A DNA stretch of 64,000 nt from Nymphaea colorata (GCF_008831285.2 NC_045138.2:35588001-35652000), one strand, 5' to 3'; shown: positions 41,253-53,635, numbered from the stretch's first letter. The notes: generated by a model from the letters alone, not told the origin. Program-made: numbers and translations.

Positions 41253-42581
41253 ATGGCCAAGAAGCGAAAGGCAGAACCCAAGCCCGAGCCAGAGCCCGAG
41301 GAGCCAACTCCCGTTGAAGAAGCACCCCCTGCCGATGCCGAGATGGTCGAAAACGCAGGCGCTGGTGACGCGGACACCCAGGGCACCCAGGACAGCGTTG
41401 CGGAGGAGGACGGCGAGGATGAATCCGACGAGGAGGATGGCGAGGAGGCACTCCAGAAGCTCCTGGAGCCCTTCGGCAAGGATCAGCTCGTCGAGCTACT
41501 CGTTGAATCGGCCCTCAAGTACGCCGACGTTCTCGACCGTATAAACGTGGTAGCCGACGTTGATCCCGCCCATAGGAAGATCTTCGTCCATGGCCTCGGC
41601 TGGGATACCACCGCCGAGACCCTGAAGAACGCGTTCAAGAAGTACGGGGAGATCGAGGACTGCAACGCCGTCACCGATAAGATCTCCGGCAAGTCGAAAG
41701 GATATGGGTTTATCCTCTTCAAGCACCGTAGCGGCGCTCGGAAGGCGCTGAAGGAACCGCAGAAGAAGATTGGCAACCGGATGACTGCCTGCCAGCTCGC
41801 CTCTGCTGGGCCGGTGCCGGCGACGCCACCGGTCTCTGAGTACACGCAAAGGAAGATCTATGTTAGCAACGTCTCGGCGGATATCGATCCGCAGAAGCTG
41901 CTACAGTTTTTCAACAAGTACGGAGAAATCGTAGAGGGACCGCTTGGCTTGGACAAACAGACTGGAAAGCCTAAGGGTTTCACACTTTTCGTTTACAAAA
42001 CGATCGAGAGCGCTAAGAAAGCGCTCGAGGACCCGCATAAGAACTTCGAGGGGCATATCCTGCACTGCCAGAAGGCGATCGACGGGCCAAAACCGCCGAA
42101 GGTGCATCACCACAACCTGCCACCGAGCCATCAAGGTTTTCACAGGAACGAGAGTGCTGGCGGAGGATTTGGTCACGGAATCGGGAATTTGGGAAGCAGT
42201 GGTTCTGGTGGTAACCCTCTGATGTCTGGTGGGTTGGGGTTTAATCAGGCGGCTGCTGCTCCCGCGACTCTCAATCCAGCACTGGGTCAGGCTTTGACAG
42301 CGCTTTTGGCCACCCAGGGTGCTGGTCTTGGCTTGACGAATGTTCTAGCTTCGTTGAATCCGGCCCTCAACCCGAACCTGTCTTCCGCTGTCAATCAGAC
42401 TGTCCCGTCTCCATTGGCGAGCAGTGCTCCACATGGCGGAGTGGGAGGGTTTGGTAATCAGCCAGGAGGTAATGCTAACCTGTACGGGAATCAGGCTGCT
42501 CTACCGTATCAAAACTCTGGTGGAAGGTCACAACAAGCTGGAGGCCCTATGGGTGGTGTGCCGCCGTATTTGGGGCATTAG
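41253..42581 (+). CDS. UBA2: UBP1-associated protein 2 (UBA2A/B-like hnRNP, two RRMs), intronless CDS, 442 aa
   Basis: ATG in a gccATGG context at 41253. The protein has MAKKRK, LLEPFGKDQL, RRM1 RKIFVHGLGWD..KSKGYGFILF, RMTACQLASAGP, RRM2 RKIYVSNV..KPKGFTLFVY..HCQKAIDG and a Gly-rich tail. Confidence 0.93.
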   Translation: MAKKRKAEPKPEPEPEEPTPVEEAPPADAEMVENAGAGDADTQGTQDSVAEEDGEDESDEEDGEEALQKLLEPFGKDQLVELLVESALKYADVLDRINVVADVDPAHRKIFVHGLGWDTTAETLKNAFKKYGEIEDCNAVTDKISGKSKGYGFILFKHRSGARKALKEPQKKIGNRMTACQLASAGPVPATPPVSEYTQRKIYVSNVSADIDPQKLLQFFNKYGEIVEGPLGLDKQTGKPKGFTLFVYKTIESAKKALEDPHKNFEGHILHCQKAIDGPKPPKVHHHNLPPSHQGFHRNESAGGGFGHGIGNLGSSGSGGNPLMSGGLGFNQAAAAPATLNPALGQALTALLATQGAGLGLTNVLASLNPALNPNLSSAVNQTVPSPLASSAPHGGVGGFGNQPGGNANLYGNQAALPYQNSGGRSQQAGGPMGGVPPYLGH

Positions 42582-45500
42582 GTACGATACTGTTCCGCTC
42601 TGAAAATTTCTTGAATAATCTATGTGATCTTTTACAGTTTCCTTGACGCATGCACTGGGGCGCTGGCTCCGTTTTACTTTTCGCATGCTTGCACACGCAA
42701 ATATATAGCAATTGCACATGTTATGTGGGTGTATTTTGGTTGCCGAGGGGATTGGAGATTACCCGCCCACGAACCACCACGCCATCTTTAATTATTCATG
42801 TTCACACCTACATGCACAGGGACATGCCTGTTAAGTTTCTGTTATCAAAAACATGTTTTAGACATGCTTTGTTCACATAAGGTTGATGGGTTTTCGATTC
42901 GGTGATTTTGAATTGAAACATTGTGCGGTAGAATGGACCTACGAACGCTTAATTTTTTGATCCAAGGTGTTTTGAATCGACTAAATTTGAAAATATCTTT
43001 TAGCTGAATTAGTTACTTCATCATTGTGTTTTCTTCAAGTTAGCAACTATACGTTTCCACATTTTTCTATTATTATTCTTAATCGGGGGTCGGTTTGTGT
43101 GCAGCATCTTTTTAGTTACGATTTAATTTGAATCACATTACTTTGTCATATGGCCTTGCATGCGTTCTCATTTTCTTTCGAAGACCATGGCGACATCGAC
43201 TACAGTAAAGAAACGCTATTGTCAGTTGCATTCGGAATGTTTTGAAAAGACATCTAAAAAGTGTTTTTGTGCGCTTGGTGACCGAGCAGAAGGCTTTCTA
43301 ACCTCATGATACAGTCGTTCTACTTGATTTTCTGCTTCCCTTTTTTTTGTTCTTACTGAAGGCATGTCGGGGGACAGTAGCCAGTGTAACACTGATATCT
43401 TGGGGCCCTTAAATTGCAATTCTCGAGACCCATATTTGTTGTTGTTATTGTTGTCATTTTCCTAAATCAAGCTACCCTTTTTCTGACCACCCCTCATGCA
43501 CGAAGGAGCTTTGGCCTTTAGGCTCATCTGTGATGCTTGCTACATGTTTTTTATTACATACATCTCAATTGAACAACTTTAGATTAAGTTAGCTAATATT
43601 GCTAGCTAGATGTCTCTGTGACTGTGTTTTGCGTCTCTTCTGGTTCTTGGCATCGTGGATGATTTTACTGCTCAGAACAGCAGATTGGAGAAATTAAAAG
43701 GGTGTTAGCTTAAATCACTCGAGGTATCACTAGAACGGAATTCTCCTTACTGGTTGAAGTTGTAGGTTTTCTTATGTTAGAATTCATATTGTTCCATTAT
43801 GTTTGACATTGAAACACCATCCTTAGGCGCTCTCATGTTGGATCTGGATTAGGTGCACATTCTGTTATCATGTTACAGTTAGAGGCATTATTCATCCTTG
43901 TGAAAAAAAAATGACACGTGGGACATTGATAAAGATTTAGCAATTTGCATAGGTATGGATCAGTGTGATAGACTGGTAGTTAATGCTGTCTAAAGAGAAG
44001 TAGAATTGCTTTTACCCTTTTATAGAATGGCTTGGTCTAAATGGTTTTTGGTGCATAGGCCATTACTTTTGCTGTCAAGGCTTGATTTATCACTGTACAG
44101 AGGCTCCAAGAAGTACGCAATGATTGTCACCAATGCATCTGGGTTCTTCATTTTTCATTCACTATCATGGATTTTTAGGTGTTTATTGTAGCTACGGAGA
44201 AGTTAGTAATCGTTGCTGGTTTTTAATGGTTAAGGTTTCTTAATCAAATCTTTGATAATATTTTGAATACTAGTTTCTAGCAATCTTGAAATTCACTTAT
44301 ATTATCAAATTTTCGCACATTTGTTCATCTTCTTTTACTGCAAAATGCTATTATCTTGCACCTTTTCCATGATTCAAAGACCTGAAGATTTTAATCTTCA
44401 AAAGCAGTTGTTCTCTTGTTTTCAAATGATATTTATTTGACAATTTATTGTGCTAACATGCGATTTCTTTTTTCTATTGTATTTAGAAAACAAAGAGACT
44501 GCTTTATGAAACTGCTGCATTATATTTCTCTATTCATTTTTGCAGATGTTTCCTCGGTGCACCCGTTCCTAAAATTTTGGACAGTTGATTCTCCTCAAAT
44601 TTCTGATATTGGCCCTCTTCATGAAAATGTTGCTTTTATTACTTCTGGCGAAGTGTAACCGGTGCAATGAGAGATTTGAAATTTAGTCATGTTACTTATT
44701 TATAAAAGTCCTATGGGTTTGAACTTTTGAACTTGTTTGTGCTAGTTAAAAACCATACAGTATGGTTTTGTAATTGGAACATCTGGGTTAATGCTTTCAT
44801 TTCTCCCGTTTTAAAATTTATTTTGGTTGTCTATTATTGCGATCTGAGATTTGTTAACTATTGCTATCTTAGGGTTAATATTCGTAAGGCAAGTGGCTTT
44901 TTCCACTCGATACTGTCTTTAGCTTTATGGGTTATCATTTAGAGTACAAATTTTTTTGCATGTGGCTGTTCCTTACATTGATATTTTCTGTGGAGCTAAA
45001 TTATCAGGAAAATTTATGTCTTCCTTTGGTGCCTGATCTTGTGCACCTTCCCCCTCCTCTCCTCCCCACTGCCACCTCTTCTCTCTCTCTTTGAAGTAAG
45101 TTGTTGGTAGGTTATCTATTATAGTTATATATGAAGGGACCACTATGCATCATCGGTGCTGCATGTGGTTGATCGTGTGTGGCTATTGATGAAGTAGCTT
45201 GATTATCTTGTCTGTATTGCAGGTTATTTCTTTGGAGACTTTCAACTAATCCGTTTCTTAACAGTATCATTTTCTAAAGCAGCCCCATATTAAATTGAAA
45301 TTTTACCTAACAGTCAACATCTCTCCTACGAAAATTCACAAATCACAACTTTTTTTTGTTTCTTTTTTGCAGTTTTTTCTATTGAGTATTTTCACGCGTA
45401 GTAGTTTCTTTTTGTCCGTTTTTCTGCAGATCTGTACCCTTCGCAGACTTCTGCGTCGGTTACATTTTATCAGAGTAATTGTTTTTGCTGGAAAATTAAT

Positions 45501-46600
45501 GTGTCGGGCACATGTGGACTTCAAACCACCAAGATTTTTTGTGTTCTATTCTATATGTGTGGTCGCCCGAAGTTTTTGTTGCTGATTGGGAATAAATAGA
45601 CTAGCCACTGCAAGAAATTATTATTTTTTCTCTTAACGATCTCCCCTATGCTGAACACGGATTTTGGTGATATGAAATTAGTGGTTCTTTCATATACTTC
45701 CATGAATTCTAAGCATGGTTTGTCCCTCAAGCTCTGAGGAGGATTCTTTGGATGCCTTAAAAATCAGTTAGTCTTTGCAGCCAATTTCATATCGAGCAGC
45801 CCAAAAAATGTGCTAATGTTGATATTTTGGATTGTTTTCAAAGATACATAAAAATATATGGTAGACAAGTCATGGTACTCAAATTGATGGTTCTATCCTC
45901 CTTGTTCGGAGTAAAGTATGCAGTTTTTCACCCCGGCTATGTTGTTTGACGGGATTTTTGCTTTTATTTTATTGCCTTCTGAGCTTTTTCTCACACCTAA
46001 CCTTCTGAACTTCATCTCACACCCAACACACTACAGAATTTTGGTTAAACGTCAGTGATAAGCGTGCATTTTCCGTTGGGATTCGTTGTTGCATCACTGC
46101 AGTTTTTGCGAAGGATTTTCGAAAGATAGAAAGAAAAACGATCTTTTGAGGCTTTTATTATTCACTTTACAAATTATAGACTAGGTTAGCCGGTGAGTTC
46201 CTTCTCGCGCGGTTCTTAACTTTGGGGCTTTGGTAGGGGATTTGGAACATTTTATTGGACTTTGTCTGCTTCCCTGTAGCTTCATCGACTGCTAGCTCAA
46301 GACATCGGAACTTTTTGGATGGAGAAAGGTATGCTATATAACTCTGCTTCTCATGTGAAAACGGTGAGACAGCAACTCACTTCTAAGCCACCTTTGTTTT
46401 TGTTGCTACTAGTATTTGCTGGATATAAATATTGGATTTTTTAGCATATGAATGCTGGCGTAGGTTGTTGATATTTTCTATTGGATTTATAGTTTTAAGC
46501 TGTCTTATATTTGCATAGGAAGAAAGCCCGAGTGACGTTTTCAACGCTCTATGCCTCTATCTCATCCATTCTGGATTTTCTATAAAGGATCTACTTTACT
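42582..46600 (+). other. Putative spliced non-coding 3'UTR of the first UBA2 gene (intron starting right after the stop, plus small non-coding exons)
   Basis: TAG|GTACG donor at 42582. Candidate exons with polypyrimidine-AG and GT boundaries lie at 44546-44556, 46180-46192, 46280-46328 and from 46519. Confidence 0.45.
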
Positions 46601-48188
46601 GTCAAAACGCCTGGGCCACTTTTGTCTAAGGAACGACAAAAATGACCTTTGACAGTGTAGGATAGATAGGCTAGAAATTCGGTCCATTTGGCGTACGTAT
46701 TATCGGTTCTACTCTGACTTATAGCGTTATGTATTTGAAGGGTGATACCGATACGTGTATCAAATTGGTATTTACCAATTTTCCTCCTCTTGGTTATTTT
46801 TAGTATGATTATTTTCGCCGGGGAAGTCAGATTCTCAATTTTCAGTCGAGAGCGTTTGTGGAGGTGGTGCTGTCTTTGTTTTCAGAATTTTCTAGAAAGC
46901 GCCTCAACTTTGAAGTAAACGACCATAACAGTCGGTTGGTGCCCTGATTTTTAACACGAAGGACGGTTAGCTGAAAAATTTCGCCGACTTAATCGCCGGA
47001 TTTTTGTTAATATTTTCTGCCTTTCTTGTGTCTTGCTGCCGTATAAGAAGAATGCTCTGTCAAAATGGGTAAGGTGTTGGGGGTATTAATTTTCCATTTA
47101 ACCGTTAAACTCCTGTCCAATATTGGTGGCCGCCAGGGATTTATTCTCCTCGTCAGCCTTTCTCCTCGTCAGCCTCGGCCTCATCATAGGTCATTGCAAT
47201 TTCATTTCAACTGCAGAGGGGAATTAGGCAAGTCGTTCCGCGTTCGTCCGTCGGTTGTCCGGTGAATTTATTTAGCTCTTGTTGACATTCTTTTTGTCTA
47301 TACTGTACCTAGTTTGAGGAAATTATAACCTTATTACTTATGTGTGCGTGGGGCGACATTGTCCTGTCGAAATCCTCTTTCTGTTTGTAGGTTATCTGAT
47401 TAATGAGGGGTTCGTTATTCTGCAATTTTGACTTGAAGTATCGAATTAGAATGGTGAGGAGCTAATGATGGACTTTTTTTCCGTATGACGTGATGGTGTG
47501 AGGATGTGATAGGTGATGGGAATGGAGGGGTGTTGCAAGGTCATTTTGACACACTTGCCCAGGCCTTGAAGTTTGCGTCTCCGTGGATCTGTTGTCACAT
47601 CACAAGTCTGCCTGTATCTTAACAAGTATGAGAATGATTCTTATGGTTCCTTGAAAGTTCGAATTGAGTCCGAAATTATTTTGGTGAGAGATTTAAGTTT
47701 GTAAACTGAGGCTTCCGGAACTGGTTGAGCACTTCTCGTCAAACTACCAAATCCTTAAATGCTTCAGGTGAAAGAAGATGAAGCTTGTTAGAGGTTCGAA
47801 CCTTCATAGGCTGTTTGAAGCGCCGTTATCTCTGTTTGTGGGCATCTAAACCACGTTAAAGCGTTTTGTGTTAAATCCTGTCCGTTAATCCTCTTTCTGA
47901 TTGGCCTTGACGGTGTTGAATAGTATCCATGGGGTTATATTGCTGCCTGTGGAAGCATTAAGTATTGCATGAAAATGTAAAGGGTACCCTTGAGTCACCT
48001 TTCATTTTAATATTCGTGCGTTAATGTGTGCCATCTCTTGCGGCTTTCTTACAGTTTTGGTTGGATCGATTGGCAATCGTCGTGTTACTGCTATGTGGCT
48101 TGCTGTCATGCTGATCGACGCTTGCGTTAAATCGTGTGGCTTCGTTGTTGCAAAACGTGATAACAATTGACTTTGGCGGTTTTGGGTG

Positions 48189-48192
<4 letters not shown>

Positions 48193-48224
<32 letters not shown>
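48193..48224. repeat. (CT)n microsatellite
   Basis: Directly visible. Confidence 0.95.
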
Positions 48225-48229
<5 letters not shown>

Positions 48230-49828
48230 TGTTGACCTGCAAGGAACGGTAGTCTGGTCTTTGTTGGTTTTATATTAAAAGGGTTAAGCGCCACTTAATT
48301 TTCCTTTTTTTATTTTCTGGATATGATGTCGCCGTTTCGCCTGGACGGCCTTATTTGTTTTGCTTTAAGTAATTCAGCGTAATCTCGACCCGTCTCGCTC
48401 GTTATCTTTCTTGCTGGGAGTGATGAATTATCGATCAATAGTTTCCATCTAATTTACCAATTGGGGTGTTTCATCCTAACTGATTATCCTGTTTGGCTCA
48501 TATCCGTTGATATGTGTTATTAATTGGAACACGTCCCGATCGTCTTAATCGTTTTGCAAAGGAGAGATGTCGATGGCTTGTTTTGGTTCTGAGTCTGGTC
48601 AAGGAATGAAGTCTCTGGTGATGTTAGATCTGCTTGAAAATGATACTAAGTGGACGAGGGTTTCCAAGAGTGCTTCTCAAACGGAAGAGACGGCGACCAT
48701 CCGCGTTATAATTGGTTTATTGTTAAAAAAATGGCATACTAGCTGCTTAGATTGCTTGATATGACTTTAGGTAGGTGATGTTGCGGAAAGCAATTTCTGA
48801 CTGATAACATAAAAGGGAAATTACGAGGCGTACATGCGCTGTGCTTCATGAGATGAAGGCATGAAGCATTTCATAAGTCAGTCTTCGATGCGCACATATA
48901 TAATATTGTCGTAATATTATGTGCTGATGTCTATTTGGTTGTCAAAAATTCATCTCTAAATGCGTCATCAATTGTGTTAAAAACACAAGTGTTACACCAT
49001 TATACATTGTTGTTAATGTTTATGTGACGACTATGTTTGTGTGATAGATTTTTAACTTTTCATCAGCGATCATATGTGGTTCATGGTATTGTACACGTAG
49101 TGAGTCGGGACGGTGGGAGAAATATGACCGAACCAATGTTGTTTGCGTCTTCAATTTCAAGTGAAATTTTGGGTTGTTGCTGAAGGCCATTGAGTCTTTA
49201 CGAAGCGTCTTAAAGGGTCTGTTCGTGCTGTCATCGGGGCGGGCTGTCCGGAAACGAGTGCCATGGACATCGCATCGCATCACGTCCGCTTGTGTCGGGC
49301 AATGCATTCCTAGGGGCGATGAAAACATAACGACGAGGTCACGAGAGTCGAGACCCCGTAAGGCCGAACCAATATGAATCAGTCTAAACGACTCCACGTT
49401 GGTCGAGCCATGAATAAAGATATTATTAATTTGTTAATACAAAAATTAAACTTATAAATGGTTCTTAACCCTCTGCTAATGATCCCTAGAAAGCAGTTTA
49501 TTATTGCATGAAACGGGAGGTGCTTAGATTGGAGACTCGATTCAAAATGTCATTTAGAGCGACCCTAGTATTACCACAAATCAATTAGTAACACTAAACC
49601 GGTCCTTTTGGGTGAACCAATATGCTGATATGCTATTCAGACTTGAAGATCTGAGCAAATACCTGGGTGTAGTTTTACGGTATGAGTTCTAGGACGGATG
49701 TGGTATGATCGTGTTACGCTAAATACCCGTATCCGACGTTTGCCGTAAAACCCTAGGTTCTGCCCCCACTTTTCTCCTCCTCTTGCTTTTCCTCGGTTCT
49801 TTCTGTTCTGTACCGGCGAGCGGCATCG

Positions 49829-51310
49829 ATGGCGAAGAAGCGAAAGGCTCCTCCAAAGGTTGAACCTCCTCCACCGGAAGAGTCCTCTTCCTCAGAGGAA
49901 GAAGAGGAGGAGGAGGAGGAGGAGGTGGAGGAAGTAGAAGAAGAAGAAGTAGAAGTAGAAGAAGAAGCAGAGGAGGAGGAGGAGGAGGAGGAGGAGGAGG
50001 AGGAAGAAGAAGAAGAAGAAGAAGAAGAAGCAGAGGAAGAAGAAGAAGAGAAAGAGAAAAAAGAACGTGCAAAAGAGGAAGAAGAGGGACGGGAAGAAGA
50101 CGAAAGCGATGGAGAGGAGGAGGAGGAGCAAGATGCGGCAGCCTCGAACTCAGGGAAGAAGAATAAAAGAAACAAGCGAAAGGATCTGGTGAGAAAGCTT
50201 CTGGAGCCCTTCGGGAAGGACCAGCTGGTGGACATCCTGATGCAGGCATGTGCGAAGAACCCTAAGATCGTCGACCGCATCAACTCCGTTGCTGACACGG
50301 ACCCTTCCCAGCGGAAGATCTTCATCCACGGTCTTGGCTGGGACGCCACCACCGAGCAGGTTCTCTCCGTCTTCAAGAAATTCGGCCCCATCGAGGAGTG
50401 CAAACTCGTTACGGACCGGGCCACCGGCCGATCCAAGGGCTATGCTTTCCTCATCTACAAGCACCGCGCCGGCGCACAGAAGGCGCTGAAGCAGCCGCAG
50501 AAGAAGGTGGGCTCGCGAATGACCGCATGCCAGCTTGCCTCCGACGGCCCGGTGCCCTCGCAACCTGTGTTCGATGCTTCCGACCGGAAGGTTTTCGTGA
50601 GTAATGTGCCGCCGGAGGTGAACGTCGACAAGCTTCGTATTCTGTTCCAGAAATTTGGAGAGCTTGAGGAAGGGCCGCTGGGGCTGGATCGAGTTACCGG
50701 GAGGCCGAGGGGATTCGCAATCTTCATCTACAAGACTGTCGATGGCGCAAGGAGGGCGCTGGAGGAGCCGTACAAGCTTCTGGAAGGACACCAGCTTCAT
50801 TGTCAGAAGGCCGTTGACGGTTTCAAGCCAGGCGCCGCCAAGGCTGCAACCACACCGCAGGCGGTTGTGCCGATGGTGGGAGCTGCGACGGCTTTGCCAC
50901 CGAACGACCTCGCTCTCACTCACACAGGCGGTTCTCTTTTGGGGTTGCCAAATTCCTTGGGTCAAGGGGTTGGTCAGAACATGAATCCGATGCTGACAGG
51001 CGCAAGTGCTGCAGGACTCGGGATTTCTCCGGTGATGAATACTGTGAATCCAACTGGCATCTCTCCTCGGGTCAACCCGGCACTGCCGACTTCGGTTGCG
51101 ACCGGTGGATCCGCATTGGGCGGGCTTTACGGAGCCCAGGCATCGGTTAACAACGCGAGCCCTAATATCATGAGTAGTTATGGTTCGCAAGCAGCTTTTC
51201 AGGGGCTCGGTCCTTACCAGGGTGCTAGTCAGATAGGTCAATCGGCAGCAACTAGGACACAACCTGGTGTGGGATCGTTGGGTGGCTTTTCATCATACCT
51301 GGGGCGTTAG
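49829..51310 (+). CDS. UBA2: Second UBA2-like protein (two RRMs) with an N-terminal poly-Glu tract, intronless CDS, 493 aa
   Basis: The protein has MAKKRK, LLEPFGKDQL, RKIFIHGLGWD..RSKGYAFLIY, RMTACQLASDGP and RKVFVSNV..RPRGFAIFIY..HCQKAVDG. It ends YLGR* like the paralog (YLGH*) and is a tandem paralog of 41253-42581. Confidence 0.93.
   Translation: MAKKRKAPPKVEPPPPEESSSSEEEEEEEEEEVEEVEEEEVEVEEEAEEEEEEEEEEEEEEEEEEEEAEEEEEEKEKKERAKEEEEGREEDESDGEEEEEQDAAASNSGKKNKRNKRKDLVRKLLEPFGKDQLVDILMQACAKNPKIVDRINSVADTDPSQRKIFIHGLGWDATTEQVLSVFKKFGPIEECKLVTDRATGRSKGYAFLIYKHRAGAQKALKQPQKKVGSRMTACQLASDGPVPSQPVFDASDRKVFVSNVPPEVNVDKLRILFQKFGELEEGPLGLDRVTGRPRGFAIFIYKTVDGARRALEEPYKLLEGHQLHCQKAVDGFKPGAAKAATTPQAVVPMVGAATALPPNDLALTHTGGSLLGLPNSLGQGVGQNMNPMLTGASAAGLGISPVMNTVNPTGISPRVNPALPTSVATGGSALGGLYGAQASVNNASPNIMSSYGSQAAFQGLGPYQGASQIGQSAATRTQPGVGSLGGFSSYLGR
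49895..50050 (+). repeat. Coding (GAG/GAA)n trinucleotide repeat encoding about 50 residues, nearly all Glu
   Basis: Directly visible in sequence and translation. Confidence 0.95.
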
Positions 51311-52679
51311 GTACTGTTGCAGTGTTTTCCCTTCCTGTAGTTTGATGATATATGGTTATTCTTCTTTTGCTCATGGTACTGAGTATCTTTCACAGTTTGA
51401 GCTATGTTGGAAAGTATTTTTCATTATGACAGTTTATCATCTTTTAAAAAGCTTTCCCTTGTCGTGTGAGATCCGCTTCTATCTGTTTATTTGACAATAG
51501 CAAAACTAAGAGCAGTTTGCTCCATTTAACTGTTGATGGCGAGAAATATTACTACTTATATTTGTTTGCAGATTAGTTTTGATGTCTCCTGTCTTAAGCA
51601 GTTGTCCCTTTTTATATTTTTGGTTGGTTGATTCGGCCAAAAACTGTTGTAACTTGTTGCTCTCATCGTTACTAATGTGCAACTGTCTAGTAATTTCTAG
51701 CTAGGGCCTTTTCATCTATTTCTTAATTGAAATTTGTGGTTTATAAATCTTTCCTTGCATTTTTCTTTCTCGGGAAAGGTTTGCTTGAACGTAGATCACA
51801 TTATCCTGTCCGTGGATGCTGGCTAGCGATGTGTTCAGTGGCAAACATCTGCCAAGAAAGTTTTGAAGCCTATTTAACGAAATGAGCTGCATTTGTGTCA
51901 TTTGAGGAAAATGGTGGCTAAGTGTTGCCATGATACCCATGAAACGTTGTTTGTTTCCACATCCTCACTAGGTATCAAATCTGTTGTTGAAACATATTCT
52001 GATTTAATTCATAGATAGAGATAGAAGGTTGATTTTCTGAATCACACCAGCATGAGGTAGGCAATCTATTATTTAGTTTGATTCTGATTTGATGAATAGA
52101 TGGGGATAGAAGGTCGATTTTGCTGTTCTGATTGATGACCTATTTGGAATAGGTATATATATGGGCCAGATTTTGTTTGAGTGGCTGTGCGAATTAAAAG
52201 GTTTTTCATTAATCAGCCTAGTATGAAAATTAGGAAGACATTGATTTGCTCCATTACTGAAATATGAGAAAACTGTCACTCATTTAGAAGAAAATCACAA
52301 GCTTGTGGAGGAACTTAATGAATACAAAATTCTTTAATTGTGAAGGAAGGGAAGAGATCATGCACTTGCTTTAAAGTCTTCTTTCAAAACAAGGGAAGAG
52401 ATGTAATGCTAGCTTGAGATGTCTGTGACTCTGTAGACATTTTAGACCGATGAATGGCACATTGATTTCATTGTACCATTTTTTCCACTGTTCTGAATGT
52501 TAAACTGAAGGTTATTCTTAATAATCATTATCAGTGAGATCTTTCTGTAACTTTCCTAGCATATGAGAGGAAGCGAGAGATGGAGTTAAGGTTTAGAGGT
52601 TAAACCGTTAAAAGTGACAAGTGAAAAAAGGATCGGGAATATTGGTGGCTCTAGCCTGAGGATTTTTTATTTCATCGGC

Positions 52680-52711
<32 letters not shown>

Positions 52712-52837
52712 TTTTGTTATTGTGTTAACTTTTGCTTTAATTACTTTTTGTTGTGAACTTTTTGATTAATACATAAAACTGTTACTCTATTTTATATATC
52801 TGTTGTTAGTCTTCCAACAGCCGTTATTACTTGCTTG

Positions 52838-53354
52838 CTATGTCACACGGCTACGGGTACACGGCAATTTTATATTTTAAAAAATTAAAAATGGTAATAA
52901 AATAAAATAAAAAAAACAGATGCACATAGCATTGAAAAAGAGGAGAGGATCAAGATCGACAGATTAACCATCCAATCTTCAAACGAAAACATCCCCAAAT
53001 CGGCAAATGCAAAAAAAAAAACCCCAAATGAAGCATGAAACCCTAACTTCTAATATCGAAAAGAAAAAAAAACACTTACCTGTCTGTCGTCGGCTGCCGC
53101 CGGACCGTGGATCGCTGGACCTCGTTGCCGTCGCCCGCCATTGCTGAACTCTGCTGTCGCCGGTTACAAGTCGTCGAGCGTAAAGGTCGAGCGTGAAAGC
53201 ATAAAGAAGTCGAGGGTTAAAAAGAATATCGGGTTAGGAAAGTGGTTCGGATCGGGTCTGACCCAGACCCAATCCAAAACGTATCTTGCCGTGTCCAAGT
53301 GTCGGAGTGTCGACGTTGGTATGCGGCCCATTTTGCCGTGTCCGTGTGTCTTAG
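52838..53354. mobile_element. Non-autonomous hAT-type MITE, about 517 bp
   Basis: Imperfect TIRs CTATGTCACACGGCTACGG and CCGTGTCCGTGTGTCTTAG (15/19 match). The 8-bp flanks are CTTGCTTG (52830-37) and CTTGCTGG (53355-62). Subterminal cgtgtc/acacgg repeats are present. Confidence 0.75.
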
Positions 53355-53546
53355 CTTGCTGGTTGCTGCTTGCTATCACTTGACTGTGTTCCTTCCTCTA
53401 AATTTTTTTATGCAAAAATGATTCTTTTGTGGACAAATCTTTCAAAAAGATATATAATGTGACTGAATTGCATCTTTAGATCTTTGGTTTTCTAATACAA
53501 TTTTTTCACTAATATCCAATTGGTCAATGTGATATTAGCTACAATT

Positions 53547-53635
53547 GTGCAGCACTTGAAAGTTGCAGCCACCAACAGTTGAACAATCATTAGGGTCACA
53601 GGTGCAGCACTTGAAAGTCGCTGTCACCGCAGCTG
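53547..53635. repeat. Short tandem duplication, period about 55 bp
   Basis: gtgcagcacttgaaagt-gc-g-cacc occurs at 53547 and 53602. Confidence 0.75.

Noticed and set aside
48418..48490. C/D-box snoRNA-like arrangement (GTGATGA ... CTGA)
   Set aside because: The terminal stem is poor and I recognise no rRNA or snRNA antisense element. These motifs are expected by chance.
50150..51262. 370-aa antisense ORF, plus other ORFs opposite the UBA2 genes (including poly-Ser/Leu/Pro ORFs at 49719-50436)
   Set aside because: These are shadow frames of GC-rich coding sequence and of the GAG/GAA repeat, with no recognisable domain.
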